Part shown: in pieces, positions 19,358 through 28,921 of the stretch | Layout: each line of letters begins with the position of its first letter | Numbering within the stretch: the stretch's first letter is position 1 | From: Minisyncoccota bacterium | Lineage (GTDB): Bacteria > Patescibacteriota > Minisyncoccia > Phycocordibacterales > UBA9973 | DNA: 64,000 nucleotides | Direction of reading: 5' to 3' | Assembly: GCA_018061035.1 (NCBI GenBank) | Contig: JAGOUX010000003.1 | Location: forward strand, 3,043 to 67,042 | Notes under the pieces: model-generated | Told to the model about the DNA's origin: nothing | Databases searched by the model: none | What the model saw: the letters and a program-made list of their open reading frames with translations, nothing else | Position numbers and translations under genes: made by a program

Positions 19358-19885
19358 TTGAAGCTTATGGCTCAAAAAGAAAAGATAGAAATCATAATAA
19401 CGGGTGGAACAATCGACTCTTTTTATGATAGCAAACAGGATACTGTTGTGCCCTCAGAAAAAAGTTCACTGCCTGATTTTATTTCAAGCTTAAAATTACC
19501 TCACGAGTTTTCCTTTACCCAAATCTGCATGAAGGACAGCCGTTCCATAAACGAAGAAGATCGAAAGAATGTTTTGGCTGCGATTGAAAACTCTACAGCA
19601 GACAAGATATTGGTTACCCATGGCACTTATACAATGCCTGATACTGCAAGATTTATAGATGCCAACTTGAAAAGAAAGGACACAGTCATTATTTTTACTG
19701 GATCAATGATTCCTCTTATTGGATTTTCTCCATCTGATGCTCCTTTTAATTTAGGCTATGCTATTGCATCTCTCGCAACATTACAGCCAGGGGTTTATGT
19801 TTGTATGAACGGTCAGGCATTTACTCCTGCAGAGGTTGTAAAACAACTTTCTGAAGGAAAGTTCGGATCTATTTTTAATAGCTAG
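19358..19885 (+). CDS. Asparaginase/glutaminase-family N-terminal domain protein (175 aa, truncated relative to full asparaginases)
   Basis: The IIITGGTIDS motif resembles the asparaginase TGGTIAG threonine motif. It is only about half the usual length. Confidence 0.5.
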   Translation: MKLMAQKEKIEIIITGGTIDSFYDSKQDTVVPSEKSSLPDFISSLKLPHEFSFTQICMKDSRSINEEDRKNVLAAIENSTADKILVTHGTYTMPDTARFIDANLKRKDTVIIFTGSMIPLIGFSPSDAPFNLGYAIASLATLQPGVYVCMNGQAFTPAEVVKQLSEGKFGSIFNS

Positions 19886-20481
19886 TTTTTCTGATACTTC
19901 TGTATCGCTTTCAAGATATCCTTAGTAACCTTAGAGATAGGTTGGTTGCCGTTGATTGTCACTAGTTTTTTCAGGCTATCAAAGTAAGCAATTGTTTTCA
20001 TTACTTGGTTTTTGTGGTACTTAATTCTAGCTGCAATCATTTTCTCAGTGTCGAAGACTTTATAAATTGCTTTTGCATTACCTTGGGCTCTTAAAATTGA
20101 ACGCTTGTAGACTTCTTTCTCTGGCAGGTCTAAATACAGAACCATAAAATCAGATTTAATTTCATTGAGAATTTTTTTCAGCAGCTGAGCCTCTGGTTTT
20201 AGCCTTGGACCCCCAAGAAACAACAGATCTTTATTTTTCGGTCTGTTTTTTATTTCCTTAGTTATAAATTCTTTAAGGAGGGGGACAGGTAATGGTAGGC
20301 CTTTTCCAGCTGTTCGTCTTGTCCACTCTCCATTTGGGCTCTGTTCTTTTAATAGTTTGCGAGTATATAGACCAGTCTCTACTGTCTTAAAAGAGTACCT
20401 TTTCTTGAGAATATTTGCCTGGGTGTCTTTGCCTGAAGCAGTGGTTCCAAGGAGTACTATATTAAAACCAAGTCTTTTCAT
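19882..20481 (-). CDS. Adenylate/nucleoside-monophosphate kinase-like protein (divergent paralog)
   Basis: P-loop GTTASGKDTQ and a LGGPRL motif resembling the adk DGFPRT motif. Confidence 0.6.
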   Translation of the reverse strand: MKRLGFNIVLLGTTASGKDTQANILKKRYSFKTVETGLYTRKLLKEQSPNGEWTRRTAGKGLPLPVPLLKEFITKEIKNRPKNKDLLFLGGPRLKPEAQLLKKILNEIKSDFMVLYLDLPEKEVYKRSILRAQGNAKAIYKVFDTEKMIAARIKYHKNQVMKTIAYFDSLKKLVTINGNQPISKVTKDILKAIQKYQKN

Positions 20482-20532
20482 AATGGAATCATTCTAGTAC
20501 AAAAACCTTGATTATTCAAGCAAAATTCGGTA

Positions 20533-21132
20533 TTGTGTAGATATATGGAATCTAAAACTTTTGTATTTTTCGGTATCGTGGGCTCTGGCAAGGGAACACA
20601 AGTTAAGCTCCTTATGGACTTCCTTCAAACGAAGGATGGCAAGGAATGCGTCTATGCATACCCAGGTAATGAATACCGAAGACTAGTTGAAGAGGATAAT
20701 TTTACCGGCCGACTAATAAAAGACTCGCTTCACAAGGGCCATCTTCAGCCAGACTTTCTTACTAACTCTATTGTTACCAATATCTTGGCTTCTGCTATAA
20801 ACCCAGACAAGCATTTGATATATGATGGTTATCCGAGAACTCTGGTACAAGCGGATGCCCTAGAAGCAATGAATACATATTTCCAAAGAGATAATGTAAA
20901 AATTATTTATATTGAGCTTTCCAAAGAAGAAGCCATGAAGCGCAATCTGCTTCGCGGTAGGGCGGATGACACAAAAGAGGGCATAGAAAAAAGATTCGAT
21001 GAATACATAAACAAAGTTGTTCCTTCGATGGAATACTTCAAGAACAAATCGGGATACACCATATATACAATCAATGGCGAGCAAGAGATCGCGAATGTTC
21101 ACAATGATATTATCAAAGCCCTAGAATTGTAA
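20533..21132 (+). CDS. adk: Adenylate kinase
   Basis: GIVGSGKGTQ P-loop and YDGYPRT motif. adk canonically follows secY, here in the divergent orientation. Confidence 0.8.
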   Translation: MCRYMESKTFVFFGIVGSGKGTQVKLLMDFLQTKDGKECVYAYPGNEYRRLVEEDNFTGRLIKDSLHKGHLQPDFLTNSIVTNILASAINPDKHLIYDGYPRTLVQADALEAMNTYFQRDNVKIIYIELSKEEAMKRNLLRGRADDTKEGIEKRFDEYINKVVPSMEYFKNKSGYTIYTINGEQEIANVHNDIIKALEL

Positions 21133-21136
21133 TTAT

Positions 21137-21817
21137 ATGGACGAAATAATTATCATTTCACTTGGAGGTTCTCTGATTATTCCACAAGAAATCGATGTGG
21201 ATTTTTTGAAAAGTTTCAAAGAAATGATTCTTCGTTATGTAGAGCAAGGCAAGAGATTTGTGATTATTACCGGAGGTGGTAAGGTTTGCCGTAAATATCA
21301 AGATGCAGGGAGGAAAGTGAGAGATTTAACTTCAGATGATTTGGACTGGCTTGGAATTCATACTACTCGACTCAATGCGGAGTTTGTGAAGATATTGTTC
21401 GGGGATGTAGCAGAAGAAGCAGTAATAATCGACCCGACACTGCCAGTTAATTTTAATAAATCTGTGGTGTTTGGTGGTGGATGGAAGCCGGGCTGGAGTA
21501 CAGATTATGTTGCTGTAGTTTTGGGTAGCCAGCTTGGGGCAAAAAAGATAATTAATCTATCAAATATTGATTATGCTTACGACAAGGACCCAAATAAATT
21601 TTCTGATGCACAGAAAATCGAGAAGATCTCTTGGTTGGAATACGAGAAACTTATTCCAAGAGAATGGAATCCGGGATTGAGTACTCCATTTGATCCTATT
21701 GCTTCACGCCTTGCTCAGGCAGATAATATGGAGGTGGTAATACTGAATGGAAAAAATATAAGAAACTTGGAGAAGTGTATCGACGGTGGGGATTTTATCG
21801 GTACACATATAAAATAA
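21137..21817 (+). CDS. pyrH: Uridylate kinase, archaeal-type (amino-acid kinase family, ~226 aa)
   Basis: ISLGGS...ITGGGKVCR motifs of the carbamate/UMP kinase fold. The length fits archaeal-type UMPK. Confidence 0.65.
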   Translation: MDEIIIISLGGSLIIPQEIDVDFLKSFKEMILRYVEQGKRFVIITGGGKVCRKYQDAGRKVRDLTSDDLDWLGIHTTRLNAEFVKILFGDVAEEAVIIDPTLPVNFNKSVVFGGGWKPGWSTDYVAVVLGSQLGAKKIINLSNIDYAYDKDPNKFSDAQKIEKISWLEYEKLIPREWNPGLSTPFDPIASRLAQADNMEVVILNGKNIRNLEKCIDGGDFIGTHIK

Positions 21818-21889
21818 AACCTGTCCCGTAGTAAATTTTTGATTACGGGATATAATGAAAGAAGTTATTATTTAAAATTTACTACTGGA

Positions 21890-22666
21890 ATGATAATTAT
21901 AAAGACCAAAGAAGAAATTGAAATATTACGAGAGGGAGGCAGGCGTCTTGCAACTGTTCTTCATAAGGTGAAGGACATGGTTGCTCCGGGAGTAACTACT
22001 CAGGAACTCGATCAGTATGCTTTTAAACTCATAAAGGATATGGGAGATTTTCCTGCATTCTTGAATTATAGGCCAGAAGGAGCGGATACGCCTTTCCCGG
22101 CGAGTTTGTGTGTTTCTGTAAACAACGAAGTGGTCCACGGAATTCCCAACAAGACACGAGTGCTCAAAGAAGGTGACGTGGTTTCGATAGACCTTGGTCT
22201 CAAGCATAAAGGACTCTTTACCGATATGGCTATGACAGTGCCAGTAGGGGCTGTATCTGCGGGAGTAGAAGCATTGCTCCGTAAGACCGAGCAGGCGCTC
22301 ATGGTGGGCATAGATGCGGCTGTAGGAGGTAATAAAACAGGAGATATAGGCTATGCAATAGAAAGCTTTGTAAAGGCGGATAAAAATCAAAAATACGGCA
22401 TTGTGGAGGTGCTCTCAGGCCATGGCGTAGGTAGAGCTATCCACGAAGATCCATACATACCAAACTTTGGAAAAAAGAACACAGGAGACAAACTTCAGCC
22501 TGGAATGGTGGTGGCAATAGAGCCAATGCTCAACATGGGCACAAAGCATGTCACTCTAGATCCTGACGGATATACATTCCGTACTGCTGACGGAAAGAAG
22601 AGTGCGCACTTCGAACACACAATTCTCATTACTGAGGGGGAGCCTGAGATTTTGACAAAGATTTAA
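21890..22666 (+). CDS. map: Methionine aminopeptidase type I
   Basis: Pita-bread fold with metal ligands (DVVSIDLG, HGVGRAIHE, AIEPM). I chose the ATG at 21890 (MIIIKTKEEIE). Confidence 0.9.
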   Translation: MIIIKTKEEIEILREGGRRLATVLHKVKDMVAPGVTTQELDQYAFKLIKDMGDFPAFLNYRPEGADTPFPASLCVSVNNEVVHGIPNKTRVLKEGDVVSIDLGLKHKGLFTDMAMTVPVGAVSAGVEALLRKTEQALMVGIDAAVGGNKTGDIGYAIESFVKADKNQKYGIVEVLSGHGVGRAIHEDPYIPNFGKKNTGDKLQPGMVVAIEPMLNMGTKHVTLDPDGYTFRTADGKKSAHFEHTILITEGEPEILTKI

Positions 22667-22748
22667 GAAGTGCTACAATGGTTTTTATGTTAATAAAGCT
22701 GAAATATTCTATATGTGATTCTAGAATTTTCCCCGAATATCGTCTCCC

Positions 22749-22771
22749 AAACCGCTAGAAGCGGTTTTTTT
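22749..22771 (+). terminator. Rho-independent terminator after map
   Basis: Stem ACCGC/GCGGT followed by T7. Confidence 0.6.
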
Positions 22772-22809
22772 AGTTATTAACCACATTATTAGATAATTGT
22801 AATAAATAT

Positions 22810-24639
22810 ATGGACAAGAATAAGCAAAAATTATTAGGACGGGTCGAAAAGCATATGCATTCCGTCATAGCTAAAATCAAGGAGAAGCTTGAGGCCGCAA
22901 AAGGTCTAGCCAACCAAAGCTTGAAAGGTTTTGGGAAAATGCTGCCAGAAGACCAAGCAGTATTCATGAGTCTTCGAGGTCATGCGCACAAGAGAGTGAG
23001 AGAGCTGTCGCACCTCGAAGGTTCTCCATACTTTACAAAATGCGAAGTCATAGACGAATCAGGGAAACATGTCGATTACTTTTTTGCCAAACATGAGTTC
23101 TCTGAAGAATCGATTTACTCCTGGGTGGCTCCAGTATCAGCAATTCGCTTTGAGGATCCTGGTGTAGTTTCTTTCAAGTTGCCGAATGGAGTCAAAAGAA
23201 CAGTTACAATAAAGCAAAAAGAAACCTACATGATTGTAGATGGCAAAATAATGTTCTTTGCCCTAGAAGCACAAGGCAAGTCTAGGCAACTTATCTATCA
23301 AGAGCATTTTACGAAACAAAAGTCGGAATTCGTGCTTCCCGAAATAGTGGCGCAAATGGAAAAAGCTCAGGACCTGGTTATCCGTGCAAATCACAAAGGT
23401 CCGCTTGTAATCTCCGGACCCGCTGGAAGTGGCAAGACTACACTTGCACTTCATCGTGTGGCATATCTTACTCAGGTGCCTGATACTGCAGAATTATATC
23501 CTGCGCAGTCAATTCTGGTATTAGTACAGGACAACGGGACAAAGAAATATTTCTCTACGCTTCTACCTAGCCTAGGTATTAATGATGTTCACATTGTAAC
23601 TTTTTCCGAATGGGCTTTCAGCATTCTTGGTATAGAGGACTACTCATACGGAGAACGATACGGAGAAACTGAAGAAGAAAAAGATGTATATGAATACCAA
23701 AAACTAAAGAGTCTAAGGGAGGGTAAAATTGCGTCGTGGAATAAAAACATATTCGATGTTTTAAAGTCTCAGTATTTGGGATTCTTTGGAGAAGTTAGTG
23801 TCGGGTTGCTAAGCAAGCAAAAGAAAGATGCTAAACTTGACCGCTTTGATTTAGTTGTTCTTCTTCGGTCATGCTTTGCGAAGCATAAAAAATTTGAGAT
23901 CAGGCGGCAGTACAATACATTTGTTAAAGACAAGCTCGTGCGCAAGACGGAAAAGACTCTGATTGAATATTCTCTCATGATCATAGACGAATTCCAGAAC
24001 TATCTACCCGAGCAGCTCCAGATTCTGAAGAATTGTTTGAATACATCCACTCAGTCAGTCGTGTATGTGGGGGATATGGCTCAACAGGTTAAACTTGGCA
24101 CTATCCGGAACTGGGACGAGATTGGTGAAGTCGTTTCTCCAGACAGAAACGTAAAGCTAAGCAAGGTGTATCGCAATACAAAAAATATTTTAGAATTTAT
24201 AAAAAGTCTCGGCTATAGCGTCGAGCTTCCCGCAAGCTTAAAAGAAGGACCAACGGTGGTTGAGAAAAGAACTGAAACAGTTGAAGAAGAGATTGAACAT
24301 ATTAAAGCGCACATCAATACTTATAAAAATGGAAGCATTGGAATCTTGGCAAAAGATGAGTCGTACCTAGAAGCTTTCAAAAAAGAATTCACCGGAGTGA
24401 AAAATGTTCACGTTCTTACGATGCTAGAGTCGCAAGGTGTGGAATTTGATTATGTCTGTATCGTTGGAATCAGCAATGAATTCTTTAATATTGCTCATAC
24501 TACAGACATATCGTCTATTCACATTGAGGAACGGAGGCGTATGCAGAAAGATTTGCTCTATGTTGCACTCACTCGTGCTATCACTGAGCTTCATATTCTC
24601 GGTAGCGAACCCATAAAGATCGATATTGCTCGCTTGTAG
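22810..24639 (+). CDS. helD: HelD-like (helicase IV) UvrD-family SF1 helicase
   Basis: N-terminal SPYF motif region. Walker A VISGPAGSGKTTLALHRVAYL, Walker B IIDEFQNY, and a C-terminal LYVALTRAITELHI (UvrD_C-like) motif. Confidence 0.7.
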   Translation: MDKNKQKLLGRVEKHMHSVIAKIKEKLEAAKGLANQSLKGFGKMLPEDQAVFMSLRGHAHKRVRELSHLEGSPYFTKCEVIDESGKHVDYFFAKHEFSEESIYSWVAPVSAIRFEDPGVVSFKLPNGVKRTVTIKQKETYMIVDGKIMFFALEAQGKSRQLIYQEHFTKQKSEFVLPEIVAQMEKAQDLVIRANHKGPLVISGPAGSGKTTLALHRVAYLTQVPDTAELYPAQSILVLVQDNGTKKYFSTLLPSLGINDVHIVTFSEWAFSILGIEDYSYGERYGETEEEKDVYEYQKLKSLREGKIASWNKNIFDVLKSQYLGFFGEVSVGLLSKQKKDAKLDRFDLVVLLRSCFAKHKKFEIRRQYNTFVKDKLVRKTEKTLIEYSLMIIDEFQNYLPEQLQILKNCLNTSTQSVVYVGDMAQQVKLGTIRNWDEIGEVVSPDRNVKLSKVYRNTKNILEFIKSLGYSVELPASLKEGPTVVEKRTETVEEEIEHIKAHINTYKNGSIGILAKDESYLEAFKKEFTGVKNVHVLTMLESQGVEFDYVCIVGISNEFFNIAHTTDISSIHIEERRRMQKDLLYVALTRAITELHILGSEPIKIDIARL

Positions 24640-24700
24640 TTAGTCTTTTAACCTTTTTGTTATATACTTAAGGGAATGGATCCCGTTAGAAGTCCTCTAG

Positions 24701-24729
24701 TTAATTAAATTTACAACAAGTGATATAAT
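24701..24729 (+). promoter_or_regulatory. Promoter for the 24800 ATPase gene (TTAATT-17-TGATATAAT extended -10)
   Basis: Extended -10 TGATATAAT at 24721-24729. Confidence 0.4.
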
Positions 24730-24768
24730 CAAGCTATGTATTTTAGTCGATATTGTAAATCTAACAAT

Positions 24769-24786
24769 GGAAATCTAAAGATTTCC
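24769..24786 (+). promoter_or_regulatory. 18-bp perfect palindrome GGAAATCTaaAGATTTCC, 13 nt upstream of the ATG; putative operator
   Basis: 8-bp inverted repeat with a 2-nt spacer, too tight for an RNA hairpin. The same palindrome with the same spacing to the ATG recurs at 30873-30890. Confidence 0.5.
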
Positions 24787-24799
24787 TACTTCTAACGGG

Positions 24800-27571
24800 A
24801 TGGAAGGACAATTCTTTAAGGAAATGCCTAAATTCAAGACTCCAGAAGAGGAGCTTGATTATCTTCGCGCTCATGTCGCGAAAAGAGAAGAGGAGCTCAT
24901 TCAGAAGGGTCATTTTGAACATGCGAATGAAAACGCTGCGCAAGATGTGATTGGTGCGTATAAAGAAATTCCTAAAGAAGATGTGATACACAAGAGCAAC
25001 TATGTCTCCGAGCGTGAGACAGAAGGCATTGTACTCAAACTCAAGCCTGAATCGCATGATGCGGTAATGGAGGAGCTACTCGGACTCGTGATAACCAAGG
25101 GTGTGAAGAACGCGCTCTCTGTGGTGGAATCGATGGGTAGTCCGCATATCGATGATGATTTCCATCGTCTGCTTATTCAATATCTAAAAACAGGCAGAGC
25201 ATTTGATCTCAAAGAAGGCACACCAATACATCGTTCGCTTAACATGACTCTTTTTGAGATAACTTTACCGCCACCTGATGATGAAGCAGATAAATCAAAA
25301 GGATTCAAAGAATTCATTGGTGCGATGGAGCAGTTTTATGCCGGCATGCAGTCCATAGGCGAGGGCAAGTCTAATGAGAAAGAAATTTACTTCACTCTTG
25401 AGGTTGCGCTCGGTATGGATACAGACCAGGTGGTGGTATATGCTGGAGTACCAAATAAATATATTTCTCTCTTCGAGAAGCAGGTCCTCGCTTTTTATCA
25501 CAATGCCAAAGTTCGAGAGACTGCAGATGATTTCAATGTATTCAATGAGCATGGGGTGTCACTCGGAGCATATGCTTCATTTTCTGAGAGAGGAGTGATG
25601 CCGATCAAGACTTATGACAATATCGACCATGATCCGATGAATACGATATTGAATGTCTTCTCTAAACTAAAGACCAAGGGAGAGGGCGCGGCGATTCAGC
25701 TCGTCATTGCTCCTGCGGGGGATAAATTCATCAATGAGTTTCACCACATTCTTGATGATGTTAAGAATGGAACCTCTGTGAAGCATGCTTCTGATAATCT
25801 CTATAAGTTCAATAAAGCCTTTTTAAAAGTAGGTAAGGAGTTATTGTTCGGCGTAAAGAAGGCTCCAATCGAGGATGTTCAAAATAAGGATATGTACATG
25901 AAAGGCAGACGTGCGGTAGATGAAGGCGCAGCAGAAAAGATTGGCAACAAAATGAAGAGCTCGATCATGAAAGCCAATATTCGCGTCATTGCTTCTGGTG
26001 ACACCATGCAAAATGCACAAGGGATATTGAATGAAATCGAGTCATCGTTCAATCAGTTTTCAGAGGCGGCAAGCAACTCATTTATTTTCGAGCAATTACA
26101 CGGGTCTGAGCTAAAAAGTTTTTTCCACGATTTTTCATATAGAACATTTTCTCCAAATAAGATATTGCCGATGAATTTGAAGGAGCTCGCTTCGGTATTC
26201 CATTTCCCTGTAGGTATTGGGTCTCAGCCTCAACTTAAGGAAGCAAAGGCCGGCATAGCTCCAGCACCGATAGAGATGGGAGGAGAAGGAATCGTGCTCG
26301 GAGTAAATAGCTATAGAGGCAAAGATACAGATATTCATATGTCTCGAGAAGATCGAATGCGTCATTTCTATGTAATCGGTCAGACCGGTACTGGTAAAAC
26401 TAACATAATGCTCAATATGATTACTCAGGACATTAAAAATGGCGATGGTTGCTGTTATATCGATCCACACGGTACTGATATCCAAACTATATTGTCTCGT
26501 ATTCCCAAAGAGCGTATTGATGATGTGATTTATTTCGATCCTGCATATACCGCACGCCCCATGGGCCTAAATATGCTCGAATATGATCCAAGATATCCGG
26601 AACAGAAAACATTCGTGGTCAACGAGATGATGGGCATATTCAACAAGCTTTTTGATATGAAGGTGGGTGGTGGAGCGATGTTTGAGCAGTATTTCCGCAA
26701 CAGTGCCTTCCTTGTGATGGAGGACCCAGAATCTGGATCTACTCTTCTTGAGATTACTCGTGTTCTCGGAGACAAAGAATTCCGTGATATGAAATTGGCG
26801 AAATGCAAAAATCCAATCATTAAACAATTCTGGGTTTCTGCAGAGCAGACAACAGGGGATCAATCTCTTGCAAACTTCGTGCCTTATATTTCTTCAAAAT
26901 TTGATAACTTTATCTCGAACGATATCATGCGTCCGGTGGTACTCCAGCAGAATTCTGTGTTTAATTTCCGTAAGATTATGGATGAGAAGAAGATTCTCTT
27001 AGTAAACTTGTCCAAAGGAAGGTTAGGAGATATTAACGCTAATCTTATCGGTCTCGTATTGGTGGGCAAGATCCAGATGGCAGCTCTTTCTCGAGTGGAT
27101 ATGTTCGGCAAGCCAATGAATGATTTCTATTTGTACATCGATGAGTTCCAGAACGTTACTACCGATTCCATTTCTTCTATTCTCTCTGAGGCTCGCAAAT
27201 ACAGACTATCGCTCAATATAGCTCACCAGTACATCAGCCAGCTTGATGAGAAGATCAAGAATGCCGTATTTGGAAACGTCGGCTCGATGGCTGTGTTCCG
27301 AGTGGGAACAGAAGACGCTACTTTTCTTGAAGCCAAATTTAAGCCTCAGTTTACTGCTCACGATATTACCAAGCTCGATAATTACAATGCTTATGTCAGC
27401 ATGCTAGTAAAAGGCCAGCCAACCAAACCATTCAATATCAAGACTCTCGCCCCAGAAGAGGGTAATATGACTATTGTAGATAGCTTGAAAGAACTTTCGT
27501 ATGTAAAATTTGGACGTGACCGAGAGGAGGTGGAGGCAGAAATCATGGCTCGGTATAAGAGTATGGAGTAG
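24800..27571 (+). CDS. Large soluble ATPase (923 aa): C-terminal TraD/TraG/VirD4 (T4CP)-like HerA/FtsK-superfamily P-loop domain plus an N-terminal ~500-aa domain of unknown function
   Basis: Walker A HFYVIGQTGTGKTN, then DPHG. Walker B LYIDEFQN, then ARKYRLSLNIAHQYISQL....MAVFRVGTEDATF (TrwB/TraD-like post-Walker B signature). No N-terminal TM helices. Confidence 0.65.
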   Translation: MEGQFFKEMPKFKTPEEELDYLRAHVAKREEELIQKGHFEHANENAAQDVIGAYKEIPKEDVIHKSNYVSERETEGIVLKLKPESHDAVMEELLGLVITKGVKNALSVVESMGSPHIDDDFHRLLIQYLKTGRAFDLKEGTPIHRSLNMTLFEITLPPPDDEADKSKGFKEFIGAMEQFYAGMQSIGEGKSNEKEIYFTLEVALGMDTDQVVVYAGVPNKYISLFEKQVLAFYHNAKVRETADDFNVFNEHGVSLGAYASFSERGVMPIKTYDNIDHDPMNTILNVFSKLKTKGEGAAIQLVIAPAGDKFINEFHHILDDVKNGTSVKHASDNLYKFNKAFLKVGKELLFGVKKAPIEDVQNKDMYMKGRRAVDEGAAEKIGNKMKSSIMKANIRVIASGDTMQNAQGILNEIESSFNQFSEAASNSFIFEQLHGSELKSFFHDFSYRTFSPNKILPMNLKELASVFHFPVGIGSQPQLKEAKAGIAPAPIEMGGEGIVLGVNSYRGKDTDIHMSREDRMRHFYVIGQTGTGKTNIMLNMITQDIKNGDGCCYIDPHGTDIQTILSRIPKERIDDVIYFDPAYTARPMGLNMLEYDPRYPEQKTFVVNEMMGIFNKLFDMKVGGGAMFEQYFRNSAFLVMEDPESGSTLLEITRVLGDKEFRDMKLAKCKNPIIKQFWVSAEQTTGDQSLANFVPYISSKFDNFISNDIMRPVVLQQNSVFNFRKIMDEKKILLVNLSKGRLGDINANLIGLVLVGKIQMAALSRVDMFGKPMNDFYLYIDEFQNVTTDSISSILSEARKYRLSLNIAHQYISQLDEKIKNAVFGNVGSMAVFRVGTEDATFLEAKFKPQFTAHDITKLDNYNAYVSMLVKGQPTKPFNIKTLAPEEGNMTIVDSLKELSYVKFGRDREEVEAEIMARYKSME

Positions 27572-27618
27572 TTGGTCATAATTTTGCAAAATCTATTTTT
27601 TCTGCTAGTATAAGAGTT

Positions 27619-28086
27619 ATGAAAACAGAAAAAACACTTATAATATTAAAGCCTGACGCAGTGCAGCGTAATTTAGTAGGGGAGGTTATTAGCCGTTTTG
27701 AAAAGAAAGGCTTAAAGATAATAGGAGTAAAAATGATGAGCATAGAGACTGTCACCCTTGAAGAACATTATGCGCACATAAAAGATAAGCCATTTTTCCC
27801 TGGTGTTCGTGATTTCATGAAAGTATGCCCAGTTGTGGTGATGGCGCTTGAAGGTGTGAATGCTGTGTCTGCAGTGAGACTGATCGTTGGGCCAACTAAG
27901 GCATGGGAGGCCAATGCTGGAACGATTCGAGGAGATTTTTCTCTTTCTACTCAATCAAATATAGTGCATGCTTCTGAAACAGTAGAAGCAGGAGAAGTTG
28001 AAATAAAGAGATTCTTCTCAGGTAACGAGATATTTGAATACAAAAAAATTGATACTGACTTCGTTTACGCGGAGCATAAGGAATAA
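27619..28086 (+). CDS. ndk: Nucleoside diphosphate kinase
   Basis: 155 aa with NIVHASE active-site His motif and LIILKPDAVQR. Confidence 0.92.
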   Translation: MKTEKTLIILKPDAVQRNLVGEVISRFEKKGLKIIGVKMMSIETVTLEEHYAHIKDKPFFPGVRDFMKVCPVVVMALEGVNAVSAVRLIVGPTKAWEANAGTIRGDFSLSTQSNIVHASETVEAGEVEIKRFFSGNEIFEYKKIDTDFVYAEHKE

Positions 28087-28090
28087 AAAT

Positions 28091-28645
28091 ATGTACGAAG
28101 TAGAAGTAAAGGCACAACTCAAGGACCGACAAGCTGTAAAAGGCAAGTTGGAGTCTTTGGGCTGTGTGTTTGGTGAGGAGCTTCATCAGGTAGATACTAT
28201 ATTTGTGCCCAAGGGTACACCATATCCATCACCAATGGATACTCCTGTTCTCCGAGTTCGCAGACAAAATGGTAAAGCTATTTTAACCCTAAAGATATCC
28301 CAGTCCAGTAGGCAGGATTGTATAGAAAAAGAGCTTGAGGTTGCTGATGGAAATATCATGGTGGATATAATTCATTTGATTGGCTATGAAGAATTTGTGG
28401 CAGTAGTTGATAAGAAAAGAATTAAGACCCATGTGGGGGATATGGAGGTGGTGCTAGATGAAGTAAAAGATCTGGGCGAGTTTATAGAAGTAGAAAAGGT
28501 GGTAACTGAGGCTGATCCAGCAGTTAGAGTAAAAACCCAAGACGAACTATACGCCTTTCTAGAAACATTAGGTGTATCTAAGGAAGATCATGTGATTGGT
28601 GGCAAGTACGACATCATGCTTTACGAGAAATTGAATTCAAAATAA
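28091..28645 (+). CDS. CYTH-domain protein (triphosphate tunnel metalloenzyme; CyaB-like class IV adenylyl cyclase / triphosphatase family)
   Basis: N-terminal EVEVK (ExExK) motif and beta-barrel Glu pattern. I chose the ATG at 28091 (MYEVEVKAQL). Confidence 0.65.
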   Translation: MYEVEVKAQLKDRQAVKGKLESLGCVFGEELHQVDTIFVPKGTPYPSPMDTPVLRVRRQNGKAILTLKISQSSRQDCIEKELEVADGNIMVDIIHLIGYEEFVAVVDKKRIKTHVGDMEVVLDEVKDLGEFIEVEKVVTEADPAVRVKTQDELYAFLETLGVSKEDHVIGGKYDIMLYEKLNSK

Positions 28646-28701
28646 TTCTAAAACATAAAAGTACGCTCGTCTATATTGCAGAAAATATTGTAGGGTGTAT
28701 A

Positions 28702-28876
28702 GTTTAGGTAGGGTTATTTCCAATTATTACCTAGAACACTAATTTATGGGAGAGTCGATCGTGTTAGGCCTTGGCCTTATGCGTCTCTCACCCACTTAGC
28801 TTAATAAGCTACGGTAATATATTGGAAATAGCCCTAAGAAGGACTCCGCCACCATGTTTTCGGGCGGATTTTTTCT
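28702..28876 (+). ncRNA. Candidate structured small RNA with a ~23-bp closing helix, internal stem and intrinsic terminator (6S-like architecture); class unassigned
   Basis: 28709-28731 pairs with 28813-28836 (one bulge, one G-U pair). The inner stem GGGAGAG...CTCTCACCC is flanked by two single-stranded stretches. Terminator stem TCCGCC/GGCGGA plus T8 at 28845-28876. Confidence 0.3.
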
Positions 28877-28921
28877 TACATGAAGGTTTATTTTAGTTTT
28901 CGTGTATGATAAAATCCTAAT

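Noticed and set aside
22810-27571. Helicase plus T4CP-like ATPase as a relaxase/coupling-protein pair of an integrated conjugative element
   Set aside because: The helicase has the HelD (RNAP-associated helicase IV) N-terminal SPYF-type domain rather than a relaxase. No integrase, relaxase or T4SS genes are present. Housekeeping genes (ndk, rplT, infC) are interspersed.
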